A stretch of DNA of 63,809 nt, the filler included, from Octopus bimaculoides (taxonomy: Eukaryota), in NCBI RefSeq assembly GCF_001194135.2. It is 5 parts of 5 records of this genome, joined end to end, with 100 filler letters (N's around TTAATTAATTAA, not from the genome) between each part and the next. Parts side by side here need not be neighbours in the genome. Positions count along the whole stretch, not along the records: positions 12,586 to 44,267 come from NC_068986.1; 4 more parts are not named here. One strand, written 5' to 3'. Below the pieces are notes generated by a model. That model was given only the letters and a program-made list of their open reading frames with translations. It was not told the DNA's origin and made no database searches. Every line of letters starts with the position of its first letter. The first letter of the stretch is position 1. Both the position numbers and the translations under genes were made by a program. Below are positions 12,586-24,401 of this stretch, piece by piece.

Positions 12586-13379
12586 ATATATATATATATA
12601 TATATATAGAAAGCGAGAGAAAGAGATGTATGTTTATGCATTTATTTATAGTTATATAGACATACATACGTTGATATGTATGTCTACATAACTATAATTA
12701 ATTGCATATACATACATCTTTTTTTATATATGTATATATCCTTGTGGTGCCCCTTTGATAAATCACAGCGAAAAATTTTAACACACTTATATTATGGACT
12801 GAATTTCTTCCAGCAAAAAATTTCCTAAATTGTAGTGATTTATGACAAGAAGCAAATTGATTTTTACTCCGCGAAGGTGTTTAGTGAGAAGTGTATATAC
12901 AGTTTATAAAATGTGCATCTGAAGCGGTGAAATTTACAGACAAATAATAACATGTATAAATAATGACACTGAAGATAAACGCTATTCCAATTTATTTCTG
13001 AAATCTTCACTCTATACACAAGGCTGTTGGAAACGTATGTGAAACTCATTAGTCAAATGTGTACACAATAAATTTAGTGATAACAAAAAATTTCTCCATG
13101 GGTATGACTCAGATTTGAATAAGTGACTGGATATAAGATTCTCTGGAAAACAGATCGAATTATAGTAGAATATATGTCTCGACGAGTTTTTAAAATTGCT
13201 CTTCACATAAATTGTGTCGATAAATTTATAGGATATGCATATCTGAATATGAAATATCGATATATAACTTACTTTACGCAGAGAAATATGTAAATGTTTA
13301 AATACCAACGTGTATATACATTTGATTCTTCATACGACGATACGAACACCATAATCACAAATGTTTTCCTACGAATATC

Positions 13380-13800
13380 CATATCTCTATGAATATGTAT
13401 GCAAATATTATGAATTCCATAGAGACACCAGTGGAATTTTCAACCGTTGATCAAACATGTTTCTTAGTGTGAAGTCTAATGTGTTATAGATGGCTTCGTG
13501 AATAAGGCGCCAGATTGCTACGCATGACACGGAATTTATTTCCGATATATAGCAAGATAACTTGTTTCGCATATAAACAACAAACTGCCAGAAAATAAAT
13601 GATTTATTAACTGACTACTTTACTCACTTGGGCATGTGTCTATACGCAAATTAATGCGAAAGAGTGTCATATAATTCGAACCAAATATGTGGATGTTGTG
13701 GATCAAATGAACTATAATACAGGCAATCTACAAAACATAGAAAAGGCCTTGTTATATAAGTTAACAAACGATGATAACAAGACAACTAATTTTAGAAACC
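13380..13800 (+). pseudogene. Candidate decayed C-type-lectin-like coding remnant
   Basis: One frame of about 140 codons with 4 stops: TCFLV*SLMCYRWLRE*GARLLRMTRN...LLTWACVYTQINAKECHIIRT. Resembles the CTLD C..GA.L and C-hydrophobic motifs by eye. Confidence 0.25.
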
Positions 13801-14456
13801 AGATTAGTAAAATTATGTCTGTGTGTATGGTTAAATGTGTCTGTGTGTCTGTACATATATATATATATATATATANNNNNNNNNNNNNNNNNNNNNNNNN
13901 NNNNNNNNNNNNNNNNNNNNNNNNNNNNNNNNNNNNNNNNNNNNNNNNNNNNNNNNNNNNNNNNNNNNNNNNNNNNNNNNNNNNNNNNNNNNNNNNNNNN
14001 NNNNNNNNNNNNNNNNNNNNNNNNNNNNNNNNNNNNNNNNNNNNNNNNNNNNNNNNNNNNNNNNNNNNNNNNNNNNNNNNNNNNNNNNNNNNNNNNNNNN
14101 NNNNNNNNNNNNNNNNNNNNNNNNNNNNNNNNNNNNNNNNNNNNNNNNNNNNNNNNNNNNNNNNNNNNNNNNNNNNNNNNNNNNNNNNNNNNNNNNNNNN
14201 NNNNNNNNNNNNNNNNNNNNNNNNNNNNNNNNNNNNNNNNNNNNNNNNNNNNNNNNNNNNNNNNNNNNNNNNNNNNNNNNNNNNNNNNNNNNNNNNNNNN
14301 NNNNNNNNNNNNNNNNNNNNNNNNNNNNNNNNNNNNNNNNNNNNNNNNNNNNNNNNNNNNNNNNNNNNNNNNNNNNNNNNNNNNNNNNNNNNNNNNNNNN
14401 NNNNNNNNTATATATATATATATATATATATATAGTGACATAAAGAGAGAGAGAGT

Positions 14457-14500
<44 letters not shown>

Positions 14501-14858
14501 TACATACATACATACATACATACATACATACATACATACATACATACATACATACTTACACGTCTATTCTTCTTTATATATGTAGCCAAACTATATTTAA
14601 TAATGCGATTCGTATTCCTATGACATAAATGGAAACTAAACGGAATAAGTTCTCATATCATAATGTTTCTTTAAAAAGAAGAAATGAAGTTAAGGAACTA
14701 TAAATAAAAACGATGCAGAAAATTTATGTCTTTGGTGAGAGCCCAATTACTGCATTATGGAATAAATAGAAAAGATGTATTATTTTTACTGAATAATTAA
14801 CGACAAATATTTTAAATTTGGTAATATATTTTCCCTTCTTTCCATATATTGTCATTAA

Positions 14859-15047
14859 TTGACTGTTTTCGTCAGCTCGTTTATAAATATCATACGAGAT
14901 ACAATAGGTTTACATTTGTTTATGTTGAATATTATTTTTCGCAGTATACTCGTCATTTTCATTGACGGTAAACTCAGACGCTGTATTATTTATACCCAAC
15001 GAGGATTATCCGAGACGAAGATTTTATTTAAAGTCTATATAGTATGA
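14859..15047 (+). pseudogene. Candidate C-type-lectin-like C-terminal half
   Basis: Open 62-codon frame DTIGLHLF...DGKLRRCIIYTQRG (WIGL-like motif followed by C-I-I..G). Confidence 0.2.
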
Positions 15048-15109
15048 AATTTCTCTTACAGGCAAGTCCAAAAACTCATTGTAGTATAAACATACCTAAA
15101 AACAAAACA

Positions 15110-15360
15110 GTATATGCAGTCTGTCGGTTATGACGGCGTGTGTTCCGGGTGATCCGATAAACAGAATGGCCAGCTCTTGAAATTAACGTGCAGGCGGCTT
15201 AACGCTCCAAACATGCGTACCCTTAACATATATTTTCCAAGGAGATTGCGCGTGATACAGAATGTGACAAGGCCGGCTTGTCACTCATTTTTGTCCGGTG
15301 AGGGGAATGGAGCAACGTGAAATGCAGTGTCTTGCTCAAGGACACAACACACAACCTACG
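15110..15360 (-). mobile_element. SINE family 2 copy
   Basis: Reverse complement aligns along its length with 46140-46395 (GTCCTTGAGCAAGACAC...TTTCACGTTGCTCC...CCTTGTCAC...TAAGGGTACGC...TAATTTCAAGA). Confidence 0.8.
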
Positions 15361-17214
15361 ATCGTCAGCTGAATAACTTAACCTCTAAACCAGGCGCGTT
15401 TACTACATGCATGGACAGAAACGCAACGCAATTAAGTATTTTAATACTGTTGATGTGATGAAGATAGCTATTTAGACACACAATTGTAACTGTGACAGCC
15501 TGCACATCTCCTGACAATATTTTTTTCCTTTTCGTTAATGGCAATGTCAACTTTGGAGTGTTCTTGATGCTTGAGAATATCTCTCCTTCTCATATGGAGG
15601 TAAACGTAACTACCATTTGGTAATTGTTACATATCCAGAGACGAGGATATTTTGATATATCACGAATTTATGTTGTATAATATTTGATAATCCTGTATTT
15701 GTCATTCGAATACATGTCATAGGCCACTGAGTTATTCTCTTAGCTCAATCTTGTTTGAATTATGCAAATTATTTTGGGTATAAATGTGTTCTACTATTTT
15801 TGCACATGGCTATGTCCCTTAACTACTGGAGACAAGGTTGGACATCTGTACTGCTCACAACTATTGACGAAGACATCAATTGATGCATATATATTTTATA
15901 AAATGAATGAGCTTTTCTACGACAAAATGCATGACAGAATGCTATATCTCTTTGTTATGTAGGCAATGATATATTTATTCATCTCTCCACATTCAAGATT
16001 ACGCGCATAAAACGTTGTTAAATAGGTATATGTTTGCTTTCATTGAACTTTGATATAGAGTCTACAAATTGTACATATGCACGCTCATTTTCAGTGCCTG
16101 AGTAATAATACGCTATTTCGTCAAGTGAATATTTGGAGCAGAACGAGGATAAACATTATAATCATAAATTCCAACTTTCAAACATGGCATTTTATTTCCT
16201 TTGAAGGCACAAATGAAACATTCATACGAAGGCAATAAAACTACAAGTGGACCAAATCAAATAAAGAATAAAAAGTAAACATATATAGAACACATATATA
16301 GACAAGATGCCAGTATTTACAGCAATTCAGAAAAATACATCAACAAATATGAAAGCTTGTGTATGAAACACTTTCGCCACATACGCAACATGAAAAAACA
16401 ATCATTGATAACCGGATAACTGGTTCATTAGAACCACTATAATGGACAATAAAAACCATTCACCATATTTCAGCCAGTTGTTTTACACTATACAGTGCGG
16501 TGGTTCATTTTTTAAAGTCTGGTATCATTAGTACCAATAATATATACCCAAACTTCAATGTTTGCCTTATTTTTTCACAGAAATTGTTATTAGTAAATTG
16601 TCGCCGATTGTTGTTGACTTTTCTATCATGTTTAGGCCTTGATCAACCAGCTCTGTTATCAAAGAACTTTCAGGAATGTCTGCACGATACAGCATCAAAG
16701 TCAGAAATATGAGATATGAGAGAGTTTTCATTGTTATTTTGGACGTTAAATATGACAGAGAAAACGTATGACGAAAAATGCTTCAACCATGTCCAACCTG
16801 TCTCTTTTTAATACCTAGTGTCTAATGAGCTACATTATCCAACATCTTCATTTACTAGACATTTGGGTATAACTTATAGGACATTAAGCTGTATGAATTT
16901 TATAGTTAGATCTTTATTATATAAATGTTGATTGAAGTCATTCGTAGTTGACGGCGGGATCAAAATTCTTTTGATACCCAATTTGTCCCTTTAGAGTCAG
17001 CTTCAAGAAACATAATACACTAATATCAAACGCATGAAATATTTCGTTTCACGTCATCTAAAATATCTAAATTTTTTATTTCTTTAAGAAATTTTAATGT
17101 GGAGTGGCATAAAATGCTTAAGTGTCAGAATGTTATGCCTTGTTTATTTTCTGCTAGAATTTGTCTAAGATCATGGATTAGAACAATAAAAAATTAAAGC
17201 AAATTACAATACTT

Positions 17215-17268
17215 CTTAATAAAAGGCATACAACTTAATAAAAGGCATACAACTTAATAAAAGGCATA
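17215..17268. repeat. 19-bp tandem repeat CTTAATAAAAGGCATACAA, about 2.8 copies
   Basis: Directly visible, perfect copies. Confidence 0.9.
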
Positions 17269-17392
17269 GATAAATATTAAAAAAATCACAAAGGGTATTC
17301 ATTTATTCACAGATCTTTATAACGCATCTTAAATTGTTTAATTTTCTTCAGCATGATGTTATCACATGGTCGCTAATGTGATCGAGAATTCT

Positions 17393-17439
<47 letters not shown>

Positions 17440-17849
17440 AGAGAGAGAGAGAGAGAGAGAGTGTGTGTGTGTGTGTATGTGCGTGTGTGCGTGTGTGTGT
17501 GCGTGTGTGTGCGTATGACATTTTAACACATTTCCTGTCGTAAGAAACGGTGGTGAACTGGAAGAATGGTTTGCATGCATTTCATCCATATTTACGTTTT
17601 AAGTCCAAATGTCACCGAAGCTGTCTGTGCCTTCCATCTTTTCGGGTGGATAAAATAAATACCAGTTGATTAATGGGACCGATTCACCCTCGAACTTACT
17701 GACCTTGTGCCAAACTTTCAAAGCAATGTTTAGAAATGTACCTGTACATTTTTTTATTTAAACCTTCTCATATCTAACTAATTTAACTTTACCTTTCATT
17801 CTACTGAGGTGGATAAAATAAATACCAGTCAAGCTCTGTTTTCGCATCT

Positions 17850-18369
17850 GAGATAGCAGCTATCGATACTACTCATATATGAATCTCCAGCATATGCGGC
17901 TAAGGTCGATGGACAACTAAATATTTATGAACTGAATTCTTGCACAATTCAGTTACTTTTACGCTTTCTATTAGTTTGATATTATGGGAACATATTTCGA
18001 TTCCCTTTTGTGTTTGATATGAAATCGAATCTGACTATAAATACGATGTTTTGTAAATATAGTTTGCTACCTTCAAGCACTAGAAAATATGGTGAGATTA
18101 ATATTCTGCAGCAAAATTTTCCATCTGATCTAGAAGTCAGAGTTGAAGATAAAAATAATGAAGATAACGTTTACATATATATTTCGTGAAAATATGACTG
18201 CACTTCTTTTCAATTGGAACCCGATAGCGATCCTACAATTTTTGTTTGTAAAGGAATCAGACTAAACCAAAGAAAGTTTCTCAGCAGAATAAACGGAAAA
18301 TGCTGGTGATTGTGAAATGAAGTTAACTGAAGACTGTACTTGTTTCTAGAGTTGAAAATATGAACTCCA
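17850..18369 (+). pseudogene. Candidate exon remnant: C2-like domain + start of a DSL-like domain
   Basis: About 110 codons with 1 stop (...YYGNIFRFPFVFDMKSNLTINT...NFPSDLEVRVEDKNNEDNVYIY), then after frameshifts GDCEMKLTEDCTCF; donor CCA|GTATGA at 18369. Confidence 0.4.
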
Positions 18370-18497
18370 GTATGAAATGCTAAGAAAGTTAAATAGATGA
18401 ATAGATAAAGTTAAATAGATAAAATTCGTATATAGAATCTAGTGAAGAGTAGGACTGGAACGTCACACTAGTGAAGTGAGACGTTCATATTTTTCAG

Positions 18498-18622
18498 AGT
18501 ATATTATCTATGTAACTGAGGCGAAATTGATTCATGTGGATATCGAGGCCAGCTACAGAATAAACGAAGATGGGCTCATATTTGTTCAAAAGAAGAGCTA
18601 ATAAATAGTACATGTACATTGG
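18498..18622 (+). pseudogene. Candidate exon remnant: DSL-like second half / EGF-like
   Basis: TTTTTCAG acceptor and G|GTAAGT donor; YYLCN*GEIDSCGYRGQLQNKRRWAHICSKEELINSTCTL(G) fits Y.CN..GE..C..G..G. Needs one frameshift near the start. Confidence 0.5.
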
Positions 18623-19277
18623 GTAAGTTTTTCACTGCAAGGCAAATAACCTTGCTATTTTATATGAATCAAGTTTTATATGAATCACACTACAATTTAT
18701 GAAATCTTTAGTTCCATGAAAATGTCTTTCTCTGATTCACCTGACAAGAAACGAATGAAAAACGTAGAAATAATAAAATGTATTTGTGAATTTCTCTTTG
18801 ACTGAGTGAATGGACGGTTTTTTGCAGTTTATATAATTTGATAGGAGTAGCAATCGATGTCATAGTATCCAGGATTGCAGCGTGTTTTCATCTCCATTAT
18901 TCAATAGATGCATTACATTAGTGAACGATAAGGTTCATAAAAGAAAATGAAATATCGATATAATGACACTTTAAGCTTCCTAAAGTTGAGCTCACTATAT
19001 TTTTGTGATCAGTTCTGTCATACAAAAGTTTTTCTTTGTCGTTTTTATGCTCAGAATTAGTTTTTACTGTCTTCCATAACATTTTTTCACATTTCAATCA
19101 CAATGTCAGAAGACAGTATTTATTGGTAGTTTTAGGGAAAAAAATATCGAGATATATTTTTTGCTGCTGCACATGAACAAATGCATTGAAGGACAAAAGG
19201 ACACTCACAATACTAAAAATACGAACATACGCATAGAAATAGAATATGCATATACGCATTCTTTTTCTTTCTGTCTG

Positions 19278-19340
<63 letters not shown>

Positions 19341-20012
19341 NNNNNNNNNNNNNNNNNNNNNNNNNNNNNNNNNNNNNNNNNNNNNNNNNNNNNNNNNNNN
19401 NNNNNNNNNNNNNNNNNNNNNNNNNNNNNNNNNNNNNNNNNNNNNNNNNNNNNNNNNNNNNNNNNNNNNNNNNNNNNNNNNNNNNNNNNNNNNNNNNNNN
19501 NNNNNNNNNNNNNNNNNNNNNNNNNNNNNNNNNNATATATATATATATATATATAAGTGGATATATACATGCATTCATACATACATGCATACGTAGTGAG
19601 AAAAGGATTTCATTCGTAACATGCTATGTGTGCACAGACTTATATCTCCACACTCACACACATGTAGAATATCATATATTCTTGTGCGTGCGCGCGTGTG
19701 TATAATACTCACTTTTGTAATCATAAATATAAAGTAGATAACCTATAGTCAACGTTAACTTATGATTTATTTTAGTTTACGGTTGGGTAATATAATGCAT
19801 ATATAACGTTTTAATATACAATGCCTCACATCCTAGAATGACAAAAAGCATAGACTGTGTTGAAGGAATGCATCACTAAGCATAACCGACAACGATTGTC
19901 CTTGACGTTAATAAGGTACCTCTCTTGCAGCAAAAGCGTTTAAGTATACTTAAATATATTACAGCACATTAAGTATCGATACTGTTTTAGAATTTATGTC
20001 ATTTGTTTTCAG

Positions 20013-20361
20013 GAGAGTTGAATATCGGATTCATGAAAGGAGACTTACTTTTTAATTGTAGCCATATATATGACATATAACCATAGAAGAGTCAGTAGGG
20101 CGTTGGAACAAAATATATTATCGTAATAAGTATATGCCCTTAATATTCTAAGTTCAAGTGACGCGACAATCATTATCAGTTATTTTCATGAAGTTCCATA
20201 GAAATAAGGTATTGGTGTTCAATAATTAAGTGACTACATCTAAGAATTTTGAATGGCATTTCACATTACTGATTGCAATTGAAGTCCAGAAAAGGGTCTA
20301 AAGTTCTATAGTTAGACTATTAATGCAAGATATGTATCGAGATATTACCTTCGAAAGACAG
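20013..20361 (+). pseudogene. Candidate exon remnant: second C2-like domain
   Basis: TTGTTTTCAG acceptor, phase-1 donor ACA G|GTATTG. GELNIGFMKGDLLFNC.../...EVP*K*GIGVQ*LSDY...YVSRYYLRKT; one frameshift in an (AT)n slip and many stops. Confidence 0.4.
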
Positions 20362-20509
20362 GTATTGTACCAAAAACCACACAAATCTTTACAGCGTTTT
20401 AGAATGGAAATTAATTATATGCCTCTTAATTATATACGTCTCACCTACATGAGGAAATGTACATAAACTCTACTGATGTTGATTTCTCATTTTGGCAACA
20501 ATGTCATTA

Positions 20510-20890
20510 ATCTCGAGGGAGGGAGTATGTCGACCATATCGACCACAATGTGCAACTGGTACTGATTTTATCGTCCCCGGTGAATGAGAAGCAAAGTCGA
20601 ATTTGGATGAATTTGAATTCAGAACGTAAAGTCGGACGAAATGCCGCTAAGCATTTTGTCCGGGATGCTAACGATTCTATCAGCTGGACGCCTTAAATTT
20701 ATTAATATTATACGGTCATACATGCTGCGAACTGGCAAAATGCTTAGCGGCATTTTGTCCGTCTTAACGCTCTGAATTCAAATAACGCTTAGGGCGACTT
20801 TGCTTGTCGTTCTTTCTGGCTTGATACCAATTCAACACTAGGATCAATGCACTCAACTTAATCGCCCACGACTTTCTCGAAATTGCTGGC
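20510..20890. mobile_element. Two family-1 SINEs in divergent (head-to-head) orientation
   Basis: Minus copy 20510-20695 (CAGAACGTAAAGTCGGACGAAATGCCGCTAAGCATTTTGTCC) and plus copy 20715-20890 (GAACTGGCAAAATGCTTAGCGGCATTTTGTCC). Confidence 0.8.
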
Positions 20891-20946
20891 CGTTAACCAA
20901 ATTTTAACCAATATCATATGTTCATTAATTATTAATAATCTCTATA

Positions 20947-21001
<55 letters not shown>

Positions 21002-22086
21002 NNNNNNNNNNNNNNNNNNNNNNNNNNNNNNNNNNNNNNNNNNNNNNNNNNNNNNNNNNNNNNNNNNNNNNNNNNNNNNNNNNNNNNNNNNNNNNNNNNN
21101 NNNNNNNNNNNNNNNNNNNNNNNNNNNNNNNNNNNNNNNNNNNNNNNNNNNNNNNNNNNNNNNNNNNNNNNNNNNNNNNNNNNNNNNNNNNNNNNNNNNN
21201 NNNNNNNNNNNNNNNNNNNNNNNNNNNNNNNNNNNNNNNNNNNNNNNNNNNNNNNNNNNNNNNNNNNNNNNNNNNNNNNNNNNNNNNNNNNNNNNNNNNN
21301 NNNNNNNNNNNNNNNNNNNNNNNNNNNNNNNNNNNNNNNNNNNNNNNNNNNNNNNNNNNNNNNNNNNNNNNNNNNNNNNNNTATATATATATATATATAT
21401 GTATAGTTTGTAATATCTCAAGAAAAGATAAAGTAGGCAATAAAGTCAGTCACCAATTTGATGTGGCAACATTTTTACTGTTTAAATGTGTGTGTGTGTG
21501 TGTGTGTGTGTGTATCAACAATCGTAAGCTGTATGTATTTGCTTCTGGTTTAATCTATTTCACTGTCACATTGAGGAAATTATACATATGAAAAATCCGT
21601 CCGTGTATTGTGAAACGTATCATAGTGAAAACTGTACATAATATAAAATTTATGGATAAAGAATATCTTATAATTTACATTTTCACAAATATAAAATCAT
21701 AAGCAGTGATACTGTTTGTCGTATCCTTAATGTATACTATTGATTTTATTGTTAAATACGTAAGCGGTAACATAGCAACGTGTATATAGTTAGAAGTAGA
21801 AGCACGGGAAACTAACTGTGATCATTTAATATTCATAAAGGATGCCATGACAAATCTAGAAGCCAGAATAATGTATATATGTTTGATATATTCGGATAAC
21901 TCATTGGGAGTATCAATTTCCCGACATATTTTATTTATATTATTCTATACAATTCGCTATATACTGACAGGAAAGTTTAAGGAAAAACATCATACATACA
22001 TACACGCATACATGCGTATATCCATACATCCATATATACATACACACACACATATACATATGTATACACACACACACACACACACC

Positions 22087-22135
<49 letters not shown>

Positions 22136-22345
22136 GTACACACACACATGCACACACATATATATGTGTATAAGCAACAGGATATCAAAAGTGATGCAGT
22201 ACGACCGTTTCAAGCGGCTCCATTTAACTGAAAAATGCAATCATTATATATCAATTTCAATGCAGAGCTATCATCAGCTGCACAAATAAATAGAATTTTA
22301 ATCATTTGGACACATTAATATAATTATTCTCAAATATTTTCACAG

Positions 22346-22536
22346 ACCATGAAGAAGGAAGAAATCCATGTTATCGCTATTGTAGCTAAGAATAGACAAC
22401 ACTTCCTAGAAAGGCATGATGCCCACTGGGGTAATAGCTTGTAAAGGATGGTGGTTCATTTCTAATTTATTTATCGTTTTATCCAATGAAAAATCTAAGA
22501 CTAGAGGACTGTGTCTGTTTGGTATGAAGGGCAAGA
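22346..22536 (+). pseudogene. Candidate exon remnant: DSL-like + EGF-like
   Basis: TTTTCACAG acceptor and A|GTGAGT donor, phase 1/1 with one frameshift: DHEEGRNPCYRYCS*E*TTLPRKA*CP/TGVIACKGWWF...TRGLCLFGMKGK, compared with the DSL pattern G..C...C.....C..tG...C..GW.G. Confidence 0.5.
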
Positions 22537-23047
22537 GTGAGTTGACAGCTCATGGGTAGGCATAGTCATAAATATTGTCAAGACATTACTAGTAAATTGG
22601 GTATAGAGTAACTGTCTATAAGAGGAGACTGAGTAGAGAAAGACCTTGACTGCACTGACCCATAATGGCTGATCTCAAAAAAATTAAAACCAGAAAATAC
22701 TTTTAAAAATAAGTGAACAGAAAACAACTTTGTTTATTAGAACGTATACCAAATAAAATATCATTAGTATAGTTTATAGAGAATGTTATTTATAATGAAG
22801 AAATGAAATAATTGGCATTTACTATATTTCATTGACATCTGATGATAGATTTTCAAAATACTCATTTATTTTTATTGGAAACATGAAAAAGTGACTTCTA
22901 AAAACAAAATCTTATTACGCCTACGTGTGTTTCTCGATTTCATTGATTTCCTTCTTTTTTCTCTTTTTTTTTCTGATGCTCGGTCATAAAATTGCATCTG
23001 ATGATGTATTTCCAGGGTGATTACTGAATGAATGTACATACATGAGA

Positions 23048-23085
<38 letters not shown>

Positions 23086-23412
23086 CATGTGTTTTTTAGT
23101 CAAACAATCATCTCCAACTGTAACTACTACAACTATGCATGTATATATATATGTGTATACATACATACACAAACACACAGATATATATATACGTATATAT
23201 ATATATACATATATANNNNNNNNNNNNNNNNNNNNNNNNNNNNNNNNNNNNNNNNNNNNNNNNNNNNNNNNNNNNNNNNNNNNNNNNNNNNNNNNNNNNN
23301 NNNNNNNNNNNNNNNNNNNNNNNNNNNNNNNNNNNNNNNNNNNNNNNNNNNNNNNNNNNNNNNNNNNNNNNNNNNNNNNNNNNNNNNNNNNNNNNNNNNN
23401 NNNNNNNNNNNN

Positions 23413-23461
<49 letters not shown>

Positions 23462-24158
23462 TGACAACTTGCTGAGTTTAGATTACCCAGATTCCCAGAC
23501 CTACCACGGGAAATATTTGTCAGCTTAGTGTATCTTTATCTAAAGAGAGTATTTCGCTTGGATTACTAGCTCCTTTTCATATGAACACACACACACACAC
23601 ACACATACACACACACACATACATATGTATCGGAATAAATAACTTGTAATGTAGCTCATCCCATCTATGTAAAGAGATGAACGTCACAAAATATGTGCAA
23701 AGATCTAGTATGAAAAAGAAAATAATGAATTGTGGGGTGCCATTGGTGAGGGTCCCTGAGATATTACTAAGTCTATTAGAAATAGGGAAGAAACCCTCCT
23801 GAAACCTCATCGTAATATATCATATTTAAAAAAAGGTCATGCAACAAAATTTTATGTGAGAATATTTTGGGAGCGCCATTAAAGGAAGGAACAAACAGAT
23901 GTAGTCTCACAAGTACAATAAATCAGATATTAATGGAGATTTACTTTGAAGAAATATTTGGACGTTTTTGCTATGTAGACAAATCCCTTATATATGCAAT
24001 TAATTCAAATATCAATATTGAGGCATAAAATCTGACAAGCCAAAAGCTTAAAGCTTTCATTGTTTGAACATTTTATTGCAAATGTATAACATATATTTAA
24101 TAAATATATGGCACAGGATGCAAATTGGCAGACCTCTTTGTGAGCATTTTATGTTCAG

Positions 24159-24335
24159 ATATTTGGCTCGAAACTGAGTCAGTTTCGCGATTCTGATACC
24201 TGCTGGAGGATCGTAGGGATTCGCATACCATGCTGACAACTTATGGCATATGAAGGGTGGAATGTCGAACCGTTAAACAGGTAGCGGAGAATGTGTCCGG
24301 GGTTAAACTGGTAGTAACATTCAACAACCACTTTG
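24159..24335 (+). pseudogene. Candidate exon remnant: MEGF/laminin-type EGF-like repeat
   Basis: TTTTATGTTCAG acceptor; an internal frame reads PAGGS*GF...NR*TGSGECVRG*TGSNIQQP. Most Cys are lost, so support is weak. Confidence 0.25.
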
Positions 24336-24369
24336 GTGTGACGATTGGCTTTTTACACGCGCACGCGCA

Positions 24370-24401
<32 letters not shown>

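Noticed and set aside
17850-24335. Rescue of in-frame TAG/TGA/TAA stops by A-to-I editing (stop to Trp)
   Set aside because: The exons also need frameshifts and contain many stops at non-Trp positions, which editing cannot repair; a pseudogene is more parsimonious.
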